Positions 45,213 through 60,190 of a DNA stretch of 64,000 nt are shown here, in pieces. Position 1 is the first letter of the stretch; every line of letters begins with the position of its first letter. Position numbers and translations under genes: made by a program. The stretch is from the human T2T-CHM13v2.0 reference genome, Homo sapiens, in NCBI RefSeq assembly GCF_009914755.1, contig NC_060930.1, one strand, 5' to 3'. The notes beneath the pieces were generated by a model. That model was not told the DNA's origin, did no database searches, and was given only the letters and a program-made list of their open reading frames with translations.

Positions 45213-47209
45213 GATCCTGATTTTGTTCCTATACTTTAGGTACTAATGGGCCTTAGAAAAATTTCTTGTCATACTACTTTATATATTACAGATGAGAAAA
45301 TTGAGAGCTAAAGAAGTGAGGTGATTTGGCACTCAGCTATTAATGAAAGAATTAGGACTAAGATGTTCTGACATCTCCAGATGATATGGAAGATGGAAAA
45401 AGGAAGAGAAAGTGTTGCTCACCTTCATTTTCCCTAAATTTTTGTGATTGGCAAATATAAAAATTGAGTAATATCAGGTACATGCTAAGGTTAACCCACA
45501 CTGTATGCACAGCAAATGCAACATATTAGTAAAATCTGGGGACTGCTCAATGCAGAGTTAAATTTTCAAGAGAAGATGTATGTAGAGCTAGATTTTAAAG
45601 TAAATTAGAGATATTCATTTTCTGGTTTTCTCTAAATTTCTCTGTAGTAACTTTAAAAAGGTGCAGTAGTGAAAGATAAAGGCACAAAGATGGGATCCTT
45701 CACATATTAATGGATAACTAACCAAAGACTAATAAAAATTCAATGATCATGCTGATTAGATTATTCTGGATTGTTTATCACCCTGCAGGCAGTGCCCACA
45801 CCCAGCTTCTATTACAAATTATGCAATTAAATGTAGCTTTGGAAGTTGTATTTGCATCTCTCACAGAATGTCTAATTTGTTCCAATAGTACAGAAGGATA
45901 ATGTCTTGAAAGTTCCAAGGATCAAAATAATCATCTGAGGTCTTTTAAATAAACTTTTTTTTGTATTGATAACTAACACACACAAACAAAGCACAAGATA
46001 ATAAAAAAATCTTTCTATGAGTTTAGTAAAATTCAAGAATTATGAATTACAAGGCTTTTGAAATGATAAGTTTATAACATGAACTTGCTTGGGGATGCTC
46101 TAAGCCAATACATTGTGGTACTTTTATTTCTGCCACTAAATCTTTACAATTAGACAATATGGAAAAATATGTATTATGCCAAACAGGTATATAAAAATAA
46201 AAGTACTGAGAGGCTATGATGATTTGGATCCTTTTTATGTATGCTGGGATATCTTGAAATTAATGTTTCTTAATCTATAAGTGGAGAGCTCCCAGCTGGT
46301 GTGTTTCCCATCTAATTGAAATGCATAAGGATGAGTCAACACAACCTTATTTGTAATTAAATTTTGGATTTAGGTTAAATCTACTTGCATCATAAAAGCT
46401 TGTGGACAAATCTCTTCTTAGCAATAATGCAAATAGAAATATTCACATTTTATGAAATGCTAATTTTTGGACACTGGCAACAAATAATAATATACACAAA
46501 AAATAGTTAGACTGTTAGAATGAAAAAACATTCATCCAAACTGACATGTACTTTGAGATGAGTTAGTTTTGCAATTTCTCATCCTAAAACATTATTTGTG
46601 TCATCTAATATAATTCAAAATCCTTCACTAGCCTGTAAGACTGGAAATAAATTCACATGCTTATTACTTCTTAGGCATTTTTTTGATTAATAGTATCTCT
46701 TCTAATGTAGATCTACAGACTAACTTAAACATAATGTGGATATTTACAATAAGTAGAGAAAAAAGAAAAGAAATATATCATTTAGTGAAATCCAATACTT
46801 TGGGAGATTTTTTAAGAAGCTGAAATTAAAGTATAAAGCTTTTTCACGGTTGTACATAGGCCTTGATCCCAAGCCCCACACTGAGGAGGGTCATTGTGAA
46901 GGTTTGGCTTTGAGTTTTAATATCTACTGTAAAAGGACCACCCAGGGAAAACAAACTATCCTGAGAGGACTTTTAATAACACTGTTCAGCTATAATATTT
47001 TGTAAAAGCTCCCAGCATCTTTTATACAGCCTCTCTAAGGGGATCACAGATTTTAAATAGAAACAGGAAGAAATGCACAATTTTCCATTCACCTTGTTTT
47101 TTAAAGCCCTTAAAGAGTTAAAATAAGTTTTTATATCTGGCTTCCTTTTTAAAAAATATCTTAACTAGTAAATTATGATCAATAATAACAGAATATTGTA
47201 AACTATATG

Positions 47210-47608
47210 CAGGTTTGCTTCTTCCTAATGAGGGGCAGACCAGGTAACAGTCCAGGCATAGCAGTGCAGCCTTGGTCTGGTGGCTTCACAGTGTCGAGAT
47301 CCTTCTATCTTACTACTCCATCATCCCCAGACTTCTGCCTACCACACTGCACCCCCAACATGGCCTCAAAAATTGCTCCCTACCCTATCTGTGCTGCTAA
47401 TCATTAAGGAAATGACCCAGGCGTCATTAAGCATCAATTCTTTTAATATGCCAAGGGTTGGGCTTAGTGACAAGGCCATACATAAACATCTCGTAAACTG
47501 GGAAATGAAGTCTTTACTCTGGTTGTCTTTTAATCCACCTAAGTTATCAGGATGCAATTAGTTTAGAGGAGAGAAAATAGATATTAGGAAAAAATAGATC
47601 TTTGCCAC
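47210..47608 (-). mobile_element. Old MLT1 (J/K-like) LTR fragment
   Basis: Degenerate antisense MLT1 motifs (CTGGGAAATGAAGTCTTTACTCTGG...GATATTAGG...TTTGCCACA). Confidence 0.55.
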
Positions 47609-48705
47609 ATCATCCTAGTAAAATTTTGAATAAATCAATATAATTAAAAATTATAGTTGGGGTTAATTTCCTTAGGAGATGATAACTTTTACAAGTGGTT
47701 TCAAATAAAACAATAAAACATTTTTTAAAGTGTTGATATGTACATATATATGTAGATGTATATACAGTAGCCATGTATATGTATATATATAAATTATATA
47801 TATATTTGCATCAGAATTATGATCTACACTTGTTTTATTCAAAGAAATTTTTATATATAAAGCCTTATGTTGCCATAATTCCTGGAAGATTAAACAAAAA
47901 ACTCTTAATGACCTTTGCCTCTGCAGAATAGTTTAGAGAAAATTAGCATTGTATGCCCATTTTCTTCCATTTGAATTTCTTATGTGTACATATTGTTTTT
48001 AATTTGAAATAATTGTTCTAAAATTAAAATGCCAAATAAAAATGGCACTTTTACTTTCTGAGTCCTTAAAGGGGTCCTTAAAGGACTTTCAAAAACATTG
48101 AAAATGGTGACTGTAGGTAAAGAGTAAGGAAAAGGAAAATCCAGCAATTTTGATAAAAAAGATGTTTTATGCTAACTATCTCTAGTAATGGCCACTAACC
48201 TTTGGTTTCCATGTGTGTGTGTGTTTTGTTTTGTTTTTTATTCATCCTGAATTCGTTTTAAAATTTCATTCTTATCCTTTTTGTTTCCCAAATTGAAATA
48301 CAGATTTTCATAAACATCTCAAGTTTGGATATTAAAATATATCTATATATATTTTATGCTCGTAAATAATTTTCCTTGCCATTCAAATATTTTATTTTTA
48401 AAAATCATACACTGAGTTTCATATGTATATTTTTGTTTTCCCATCATTTCCAAGTGTGACCACTGCTTCGACTATGTCCTCCCTAATTTCATTCATACTT
48501 AAAACCAAGAAAAGGGTAGAGTTCCATCCTTAACAACTAAACAGGCACTTTGGACAATATATTTTTGGCAATGCAACATGGGCAATATTTATCCAACATG
48601 GCAGGGAAAGTTCCCACTCTGTATTATAAAAAGGAAAGCCAAATATCAACTGTTACAAAAATAAAATAAGATGGAAGATTTTAACAAACTTTAAACTATT
48701 TTCTT

Positions 48706-49024
<319 letters not shown>

Positions 49025-49689
49025 TAAACTATTTTCTTAAAGAGATTTCCTTATTCAGAGATCTTGAATAGCCTCCTGATCAGTCATACAGAAGCAATTC
49101 TTTATACAATTTATGAATATGGTTTTCATTTTGGGAAGAGAACTACTTTTTCTATTATTGCTAACATTTTTGCTTTAAGGTCTTCTATAGGACTAGGTCT
49201 TTTTGGTATTGTAAGAATATTTTCCTCTTTTTTTTTGGAAGGATTCTTTACCTTTTGATCTTGGTTTTAATGATTTTATGTCTTTTTCATTCTGGTTTGA
49301 TTTTTGTGCATTTTTGGCTGGAGTACCTTACATAGATTTCTTCACTGGAGTTTTCTTCAGTTTCCTTATCATCAAAATTATTGTCATCATCTTCTTCTTC
49401 ATCAGCAGTATGTTGTACTTTTCTCTGTGGAAACTTGCTACCACTCCCAGGGGCAGATCACTTTTCAGATATACTTTATAGTTTCACATCCGCCTCCTCT
49501 TCATCTTCTGACTCCGCATCTTCCTCCACAGCCTAAAAGTGCTGTCTACTAATATGCACAAGGTCTGAACTACACTGCAATTCTAAGACCATGGATAGTA
49601 CTATTTAAAATCTCTCAGGGAAACAGTTGGCTGTACAGACATTTTTTTTTAACATTGCCAGTGTTGCTTTAATTGAGCTGCCTTCATAA

Positions 49690-50109
<420 letters not shown>

Positions 50110-53100
50110 TAAACTGACCATTCTTAGAGATAACTGGTGTTCATTTTCATCATTATTCATGTTAAAGTGATAGTCTGTCAGTCTTTAGTTCACCACCAAA
50201 AAGACAGTTCTGGGTGCTCAGGGGATCATGTACATGTCCATTGAATCTTCCATGAACTGGTAGCATGCATTTAGGTGGGAGATAAGGCAGGGGAAGGTAA
50301 ATGACCACTGCCCCAGAGAATAGCCACATAGGATGGAATCACACCAGGGTTAGATACTTTAAATTGTTTCTTTTAACTTTCAGAAAAAACAATCCTCTGG
50401 TTAAGGAAAAACAAAGTATATTCATTCAAAGACTAATTTCTTAGGAAGTTGTAAGTATATGAAAGCAAGGGTGTGTGCCCAGGAACTTTATCAACTATAA
50501 AAAGGAAGGATTATCACCTCCTACGATGCCTTCATATTACTTGTTCTAACAACGAGATTTGCCATTAGTGCAACTTGCTACAAAGTAGGCTTTAGTGAAA
50601 CTTTTAAAGCAGACGGTTAGGTGTGATTAGGGTGTGCTATTAGACACCACAAAATATAGGAAAAAAAATACTTTTAACAGGGATTGTCTGTCAATGCCTG
50701 AAATTTACTTTCCTAACTTCACATTACTTTCTCATATATTATAAATTGTCCAATCCACAGTAAAAGCTTCAAGCAGGGAACCTTTTTAAAAATAAAGAGT
50801 GAGCCATTATCTGAATGTCCCTGAAACAGAAGAAGTAATCTTGATGATGGTGTGCATGTGATATAGAAAAGACATGTATATAGTAATTAATTCTAAAAAT
50901 ATCATGCAGCGGAAAGTCTACTGGACAGGAATATAACCTTGATGGCATTTCTGATTTACTGCATGAGTCAGAAGCAGCCTCAGTTTCCTCCCTTGCAAAA
51001 TGAAGGACCTAAGTGGAAACCCAGTGGAGAATACTTCTGACCATTGTGTCAGAGAACCTGACCCTGAGTCACTGGACTGCCATTTCTCTACTTTGTGTGG
51101 TAACTAGTTGTAAATCCACAGCGCAAGGAGATAGTGAATATAACTTTCCTCAGCCTTGCCTATTCTAAACTGGGAAACACCATGCTATCTCTTTCAAAGA
51201 AGATTTGGGTCTGCTAATTGGAACATGAATCATTGTTCACTAAATTTCACATTTGTATCCTTTGAAAGTAGAGCCATTTCATTCCTTCTTGTGGGTTTAG
51301 ATCCCTTTGCAATCCATACATATGATGTACTTAATAGTTAAATGGTCCTTGCATTTCCCACTCTTAGCTGGCTGCTAAAACAGATGTTCAAAGTGTAAGC
51401 TATTTTAATCCAGTCTAGCATATTTGAGGCCCCAAATCATCAGCAGCCAGAATCTGGAATTCCTTTGCTACTTCCAGTCCTGAGTGGGTCTAGTCAAGCT
51501 GAACACACCTGTAAAATGAGTGATATCTCATCTACTCCCCTCGTTTTACCTGTACTAACTTAATAAAATTATACTCTTGTCCCATTTCCCTAACCCCACC
51601 TACTTTCATTGGGACCAGGAAAATCACCCCAAACCTTTTCAATCCCATATCCTAAGGAGTTAACCTTATAGTGGCATCTCTAACCACTGCTTGGTGTTTC
51701 ACTTCAATCCGGATATCAACCTCTGCATAAACCAAACTTAGTATCAGAATAAAACAATTGCCCAGGGCATTCTGCTGCCCACACACTATTCCCCCTTGCT
51801 TAAGCCAACAGCCTAAATGGGCCTAAGTGCACTAGGTCTCCTCAGACATTTTAATTGGGCTTTCTAGTCACTGTCCTTGGGGACCACCACTAAACTTAGT
51901 GGTCTAAACTGAGCTTAAAACATTTCTACCGTCCCCTGGGTTTATGGGTGAAGATCCAAGATGTTTTACACCTAAATCCTTGTGAATTATGACAATTATA
52001 TCTGCATTGATACCCTCTTTCCTACTTACTGAATTCCTGCCACCTTCTCCTAAAACTAGATGTTGACCTTATACTTGGAAAAGCTTTTTCTCCATGTACA
52101 TTTTTTAATGTCTTTATGGTATGCCCAGGTAAAATAGGGAACAAAAACTAATTTATTCTGAAAGCTTTCAATGTTCTAAATAATTTTAGATATTCCTTCT
52201 CTTACTTAAACTCCTATTTAAATGATTTAACGTTGATATGGTATAGATAACAAGGCTTGTGTGTATTTGTCAGGAACACTTACATTTAGAATTCCAAAAG
52301 CTATTTTTGAATTTTCAAATTTTCTTGGTAATTCAACATCTCTAAAGAATAATGAAAACTGAACTATGTTTGAATGATTCATAACACACATTCCATAAAA
52401 ATGATATAAAAAATATTTCATAGAATTGCATTATCTATATATTGTTACTTTAAAAACAACAAATTTTCCACATTGGCCAATGTATTTATCTTTAGTAAAT
52501 ATTTATGTGTACATACGACATGTATAATATATATTAATGTATTCTTCGATACTAGTATTGTTATCATATTTTCTTTTGTAATACTTATTAATAGTTTAAT
52601 AATCAGATTGAAATCATTGGAAATGTAGTTCTGACTAAATAGTTTAATGCAGTTTGACTAAATGTAGTTTAATGACTAAATAGTTGCCTCACTAATCTAA
52701 CATTGCCGTTTCCAAAATTAATCCCCTCACTTCTATGCCAACCACTTTCTCTATACATAATGTAGGAAATGCTTAATCAAAATAGTGAATAACTTCATAA
52801 AGCTAAAATATAATTAAGAATATACAAAATTAAAATCTAGTTTTCAATCTATATGAAGCATATCATTAAATATTCAATGTCTTCCATTTTCATACAAATT
52901 AGGAATACTGTCGTTTATATTAGAAGACTAAAGCCCAGGTTTCTGAAGTTAGAATGAAGAAATGTTGCCTTGAACCCAGAAAATTATAACTGGATAGAAC
53001 CTACATTTTACTTAGCTATGGCTTATTGGCTTATATTTTTAAATTCCTTCGTAACAACTTCTTTCTGTGATCTATCACAATTTTAGAACCTTTTGAGCTT

Positions 53101-53984
53101 GATGTCTTAGCAAAGGTTTAAACTCTGTCAATCATTCAACAGTCAGATTGGCCATGCTTGAAAAAGGTTTAATAGAAAAGAAGTCATAAATCAAGAGAAA
53201 AAAAACTCAAGGAAGATACCCTTAAGGAATTACCTTATAGAAAGATAAATTATCCTAGCCACGAAAGGGGAGTTTGGGCTTTGTTTTCTGTTACTGTGTG
53301 TGTGTATTTTTTTTGTTGTTTGGTTTTGTTTTTAATAACTAAAGCTATATTTCTGTTGCTTTTCCTTTTCCAATATAACTAAAATACATTAAAATCCTAC
53401 CAGATTATTTAAAATGAAATATTTCTACAAATAGATCTTAGTGACAGGAATTTCAATTTTTTTGAAATAACATTTCTAGAGCATAGAGGAATACCTGCCT
53501 TGTCCTTGCAGCCACCCTGAAATTAGGTAACAAATAGGTCAGTCCTCACCACTCATCTAACTGATTGGAGAACTGAAAATTTCCCTTCTGCCTCAATTCC
53601 AGCCCTGCTTTTTTTAATGCGTATCTTCAAAGCTCTTTCTAAATCTCAGAGTAAAGGGACTAGTCAAAACCTAATAAAAATTCAGCAGATCATTATAACG
53701 ATTGCATTATTTTGGACTGGTATTCATGCTGCAATCAAATTTCCCAAGCCTGTGTGATTTTCTGCACAGTAGTTTCAGATAGAGTCTTTTGTAGATATCT
53801 ATATGATTTTGTTTCTTTTTGCTGGGCAGACAACATAAGAATTCCTACAATAATAAAACAAGGTTCATCATATTTTCTAAGAGAGTATATGATGAGATGT
53901 TATAGCAATCAAGCAACAAAACATTGAATGCCTCCTGAGTTCCAGGCTGTGTACTGGGCACTGGATATATAGCCTATATTGCAT

Positions 53985-54638
53985 CTTAATCAAACTTCAA
54001 CAACATTTAATGTAGTTGATCGACTCTCAGAAATCCTTCCTCCTGGGTTTTTTGACACTATGCATTCTTAATTTTTCTCCTACCCCTTCGTATACTTCTA
54101 ATCAGTCATTGTTGCTAAGCCCTCTCCCTGTGCCAGATTTCTGAATGCTGGAATTTCCTATGACTTCCTCAGTTGAAGGATTCTCTTCTCTCTCTCCCAG
54201 GTGATCCCATTCATTCTCCTGGCCTTAAATACCATCAATATAGTAATAATCCATGTATATGCTTTTCAGCTTTTTTTTGAAAGTTGAAGAGTAAGACTCA
54301 AATTATTGCTGATCAGAATTACTTTGAGAATCTTTTGAAAAGTCACCTTCTTAGAGAACAACCTACCACCTTTTATTACTCCAGCACTGACAGAGGTTGC
54401 TGTTTCTTTGATAACCAAGTAAAATATCTGGCTTGTATTTCAGATCTATGTTATAACAAAGACAAGCTGACTCGTTACGGTAAAGTCTAGCAAGATGAGA
54501 AACTTGCCACTATGAGAGGACAGTAGAGACGGAGGCTATTGAAGAACCATTGGAACCAGCTCAATGGGCCTGCACTTATCTGGCATATATTCTCAGTAAG
54601 GTAAAGGGGGAGAATTCTTCAAACTATTTAAACCAGTG

Positions 54639-54681
<43 letters not shown>

Positions 54682-55500
54682 GTAATCTAACTATGATTTA
54701 TTTTTAACCTAGGCCTTCTTTCAAATTCCCAGACGTTTCAATATCTCCACCTGAACATTTCACAGCCATTTGAAACATAACATTCAAATCAGAATTCTGA
54801 TTTTCCCACTTGAAACCATTTCTTCCTGTAGTCTTTTCCATCTCAGCAACCTTTCACTAGTTGCTTAGAGCCATAAACTTAATCATAATGCTTAATTCTT
54901 TTTTGTTTGATATCAAACTTACTAAAACCATTTACAAGTGTCATGACTGGTATCTTTAAATTACATCCAGAATCTGTTCACACTTTTCCATCTGCACTTC
55001 TATCACACCCAATCCACTTTCATCACTCTCATTTTGCCAGGATACTTAATCTTCCAGCTTCTACTTTAATCCCCATCTCTAGTTTCACACCCTTATCCTC
55101 ACCCAACACACAGACGCATGGATTCATTATTCAAATAACAGAGAGAGTAATCTTTTGAATACATGAATCTGATTAGGTAAACACACAGTGCTGCTTTAGA
55201 GCCTTTAATAATTTCCTTTTTTATTTCAAATAAAATCCAAACTCTTGATCTTGAGGTGCCCCTGACACCATTCTAATCCCATCCCTTGTCTCACTTCTGA
55301 CTTTCTTTGTTCCTCTTAGTTTCAGGACTACTCCAAGTTCTTTACTATTTTGTAGCTGTTCCCTCTGTCTGGATAAATCTGTTTCTGGCATTCCATGAAC
55401 TTAGTTCCTTCTCATTCGTTAGGTGTAAACTTCATTGCTATTTCCAAAAAGAGTCTCCACCCACTGCCCTGATATTCTTTCGCAAAGCACTCTATTTTCT
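53985..55500 (+). mobile_element. Fragmented L2
   Basis: Degenerate L2 motifs (CAACATTTAATGTAGTTGATC; GGTGATCCCATTCATTCTCCTGGCCTTAAATACCATC; AATAAAATCCAAACTCTT). It is interrupted at about 54271-54707. Confidence 0.65.
54642..54680. repeat. (TG)n microsatellite
   Basis: Perfect TG run of about 19 units. Confidence 0.97.
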
Positions 55501-55522
55501 TTAACGCACCAACACCGGTTTG

Positions 55523-55790
55523 TAAACAGTTTTATTGAAGTATAACTGGCAAACAATAACACATATTTAAATAGTAAGTTTTGACCTATGTATACTTCCA
55601 TGAGGCCATCACCAAACATAAGAGAGTGAACATATTCATCTTTCTAAAATTTCCCTCATATCCTTTGTAACAATCTCTCTGCCCACACCTCCTCTCTTTC
55701 AACCATCCCCATCCCCAGGAAACTACTCATCTATTTTTCATCACTGTAGATTAATTCATGCTTTCCAGAATTTAATGTAAATGGAATCTA
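55523..55790 (-). mobile_element. L1MC/L1MD-type 3' end fragment
   Basis: AACAGTTTTATTGAAGTATAACTG...CCATCACCAAAC...CCCCAGGAAACTACTCATCT...AATGTAAATGGAATC. Confidence 0.75.
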
Positions 55791-58355
55791 ATCCAAACAC
55801 TTTAAACTGGAATTCCAAATGTGTGTAAAACAAATATTTTCTCTATCCTTAAGATGCTGAAAAGGAAAACACGCACACACACAAACAGAATTATAATTAA
55901 GGTGAAAATGTAGCTGCGTAAGACAGCTATAAACACTTGTGTAGGGGAGGCAAAGACCATATTTTGTTGCTAGAATCAAGAAAAGGTTTGTGAAGGCGGT
56001 AACATTCTGAACTCCACCTTGAACAAGATTTCATTCTTGATAGGTGGAGTTGGAAAGAGGTAGATAGGCTAGCAAAGGAGCTAGCATGCTGGTTAGAAAT
56101 AATACCAGGCAAAGGAACAATATGACCAATGGAATGAAAGAGAAAAAATGTAAAGTTTTTGTGGGGGGCACTTAGTGATCTGTTTTGAATAGAAGTTTCT
56201 GAGAGTATAAGGGAAATTATGCAGGTGTATAAGGGCTGGTGCTCAGAGGGCCTTTTAAGAGAGGTGAAAGAATTGGCCTTAATGCAGTAGGCACAAAAGC
56301 TTTGGAATCCAGTTCCATTGAGATTTTGTGTCAATTATCCAAGAAGTCAACACTCTCACAAATATTCTTTTTAACACTCATTATGTGGAATCTTGGGAAA
56401 CATGTTGACATATTAACTGAAACCCTGGAATAATCAATGATGAAGCTCAGCACTATGTCTTTTCAATTGCTCTCTTACCAAGGAATTGCAATCCAGCAGC
56501 CCAGGAATTTGTTATATTCCCCCAATCCCCAGATTTACACTATTTCTTCTTAGTGATACTAGCTCACTTTTATAAAATTAATAAGTGAAGATTATAATCT
56601 TTGGGAAACAAAAGAATTGTATGTACGGTATAGTTAAATACTTTAAAGTCTTCACTATATGTATAATACCATTTAACTTATGAAAATATGTATTTGTTTA
56701 ATCCTTGAACAAGGAAGGGCTTTTGTTTAAGAAAAAAAATTAATGATTTAATCATAAAATAATTTAAAAAATCTATACTTGTATAAACAACATGGAAAAG
56801 AAAAAACAAGCTAGGAAAGATATCTGTAAAAGACAAATTGGCTTCTATGCAGTTTTGTTAATTGATGATAAATCCTAAGTGCTTGCTAAAAGTTTTGAAT
56901 GGAAATATAATTAAATCTCTGGGTGAGAATCTACCTGTGAACTCCCTCAATGAGCAAAGAGCTTCTGCCTGTAAGCTCTGGAATATGTCTGATATGACAT
57001 TTATAGGAAAGTCAAGGTGACTAAAACTGTGCTCATTCTGCTACCTTAAACTGAAATATGGAAAACACACTAAAGTACTGGAATCTACAAAATAAGTAGG
57101 TACATCTTCCTGTTCAACAATTGTAATAAAAATTGGGAAAAATATATTGTATTTTGATATTGAAACCTTTCTCTATTATGGTATATAGTGCAAAATTATC
57201 CTAAACTTAAAAAACTAAAAGCCGTGACCTTCAAATTTGAAAAACCAAAAGTATGATCATGCTTGGCTGATTCCTATTGTGGCTGTGGGATCTACAGCAT
57301 TTGTATTATTGCATTTATTATTATTGCATTTATTGCATTTATATTGCATTTATTACCAATTCTCTTTCACTGCAATTTAAAAGACTGGAGAATATTCCAG
57401 TATATTTGAAAAATTAAATCCACAACGTCAATATTTTCATAAAATCTACAGCTACAAAAATATTTTTCTGTGTAATTAAGTGGCATGTAACTTTGATCGT
57501 AATCTACTTAAATGCCTAAGGGTTATTTTACTGTTGTCCCAAAAGAGTCAACGGATTTCTTAGCAAAATAATAGCAAAATTCTACTTTTCTGGTCAAATT
57601 TATCTTTGGGTAATTATAGTTTTTGACTGTACTAAATCTGAGCCACTATGCTTTCAGTCAGACTTGATGTTGCTCCTGGGTAATAGAATCATTCTGGTGT
57701 TGTGTTGTGCATTCTGTAGCAGATGCCACGTTTCGCCCTGGAGTATAATATAGTGGAAGGTGCAGCAGTTCTGACATATCTACTTAACAAACTTTGTGCA
57801 ACCATTTGAAATAAAAGACACCATGCAAAGAATGTTTACTCAAATGAAATATATGCTGTATTAAAAAACACAATGATAGCATTCCCTTGTATATTTCTAT
57901 ATAATTATTTCTGTATAATCAGTTCTTTTTCAGTATCATCACCATTTTTCATTCATTCTTTGAAAAAATAATTATTAAACTCCTACTATCTACAGCACAT
58001 TGGTATTAAATTGAAAACAAAATTTTACATAATTAACTTACAAAATTTGTAGTATAATAAGGAAAATAGACCTACTCAGGATCATTGTAAAACAAAATAG
58101 GATATGTAGTAAAGTAGGTAAGTTTATATTCTACCTTGAGGGACCATAAGCTTTTCAGTCAAATGCAAAAAGGATACTTCACTTTCAAACAAGGCAGTAT
58201 TTCTTAACATTAATTGAGTTGTGTAAATTTCCTGGTTTCTCCCTGGAAATTTTATAGTTTTATTCTTAATTTTTGTATGTCTTATGATAAAGTAGGGATT
58301 TGAGTTAATATTTAAAACTTGCATGTTTCAAGTATTTACAATACTGAAGTAATTG

Positions 58356-59355
58356 TTTTTATGTGTTTAATGGTGTCCGCTTCAAAGTTCACATATTGAA
58401 TCCTTAGTCCCCAGTGTCTCCGGATGTGACCTTAGTCATTTAAGATGTAACTAGCAGCGTTATTCACAATAGCCAAGATATGAAATGAACCTAAGTGTCT
58501 ATCAACAGATAAATAAAGAAAATGTGATATGAATATGCAATGGAATATTACTCAGCATAAACAAGAAAGAAATACTACCATTTGTGAAGAAATGGATGGT
58601 CCTGGAGGATATGTTGCTAAGTGAAATAAGCCAGACAGAGAAAAGTGAATACTTCGTGATCTCACTTATATATCTAAAATCTAAAAAAGTTGAACTCATA
58701 GAAACATAGTAGAAGGGCGGTTACCAGGAGAGGAGAAGGAAGGGGAAGTGGGGAGATAAAATGGGGTTTGGTCAAATGTATACACTTGCAGTTATAAGAT
58801 GAATAAGCTCTGGAGACTTAATATATAGCATGGTAACTATACTTAATAGTAATGTATTATATACTTGAAATTTTCTAAGAGCGTAAATCTTAAATATTCT
58901 TACCATCAAAAGAAGGAGGTAACTGTGTGAGGTGATGTTTATATTAATTATCTTGACTATAGTAATCATTTCACAATGTAGACATATATCAAAATATCAC
59001 ATTGCAAACCTCAAATATATACAATTTTTAGTTGTCAATTATACCTCAATAAAACTGTAAAAAAGAAAAACAAAACAAATTAGTTTATACTGGAGTAAAT
59101 ATGAATGGTGTTCTTATAAAAAGGGAGAACTTGGAAATAGACACACAGAGAGCATGACACATGAACATGAAGGCAGAGACTGGAGTGATGTGTCTATAAG
59201 CCAAGTAATGACAGAGATTACCAGGAAACCTTCAGAGGCTAGGAGATAAGCATGGAACAGATTGTCCTTTACAGCCCTCAGAATAAACCAACCCTGTTGA
59301 TACCTTGATTTCATACTTTCAGGCTCCAGGACTGAGAGACAATAAATTTCCATTA
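58356..59355 (+). mobile_element. MLT1B/C-like LTR, split into ~58356-58453 and ~59078-59355 by an L1MA
   Basis: The 5' part is TTCACATATTGAATCCTTAGTCCCCAGTGTCTC..GATGTGACCTTA. The 3' part is GGTGTTCTTATAAAAGGGAGAAC...CTCCAGGACTGAGAGACAATAAATTTC. Confidence 0.8.
58454..59077 (+). mobile_element. L1MA (L1MA8-10-like) 3' end nested in MLT1
   Basis: CAGCGTTATTCACAATAGCCAAGATATG...GCTAAGTGAAATAAGCCAG...TTGTCAATTATACCTCAATAAAAC, followed by an A-rich tail. Confidence 0.88.
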
Positions 59356-59879
59356 CACTACCAAATTTATTAAACTATTATGCTTCTTAAAATATTTATA
59401 ATATGAGCATATAAGAAGACAAAATTTGGCAATTTTTTGGTACAAATGATTCAAAGAAACACTAGTTATATAACAAAGTATGTATTTGCTGATAAACATT
59501 GGATATTTTATCATGTTTTGTATTAGATATCAAAATACATATTAATTGCATATTAAAATTTAGGTTGAAATAGTTTTGTGTTTTGGCATCAAAAATGGCA
59601 AAAAAAAGTTACATTCTTGATGCTAATGTTTAGAATTCTTAGATTTTGTACTCAAGGGAGAAATAGATTATGAGTGCACTACAATAGAGAGATGAAAGGG
59701 ATAAAGTAAAAAAACAATTTTTTAAATGAGTGCACTACCATATTTATCAATATGTACTCAGAGTCTATCAACCAAGTAATTTTAAAAAGAAATGTATTTA
59801 AATTATTTTATATATTTATTTTTAAATCATACAAACTAAAATAAATACTGTTTTTTAGTATTTGAAAACTATAAAGCAC

Positions 59880-60190
59880 TATTAAGAGAAATTATAAGGA
59901 CATACCATATTCATGGAAGACACAATTATTGTAAATGTATTTGTTCTTACCAAATTAATATATAGATTCAATGAGATTCTAATGAAATGAGGACAATTTA
60001 CTAGGGAAAATGAAAGGCTGATTTAAAAACTTCTATGGAAATACAAATGGAATAAAGACAATGAAAAACTACACAGTTGAAGTACTCATAATACCAGATT
60101 TCCATATATATTATATCAAAGTAGTAAATATGAGTTTGTGGTATGTATACAGGGATGGATAAATAGACTGATGGAACTAATAGAGTTTAT
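59880..60190 (+). mobile_element. Old L1M ORF2 fragment
   Basis: GGACATACCATATTCATGG...CAAATTAATATATAGATTCAATG...AAATAGACTGATGGAAC. Confidence 0.65.

Noticed and set aside
57303-57355. (ATTGCATTT)-type short repeat cluster as a regulatory array
   Set aside because: It is consistent with simple low-complexity slippage, with no further support.
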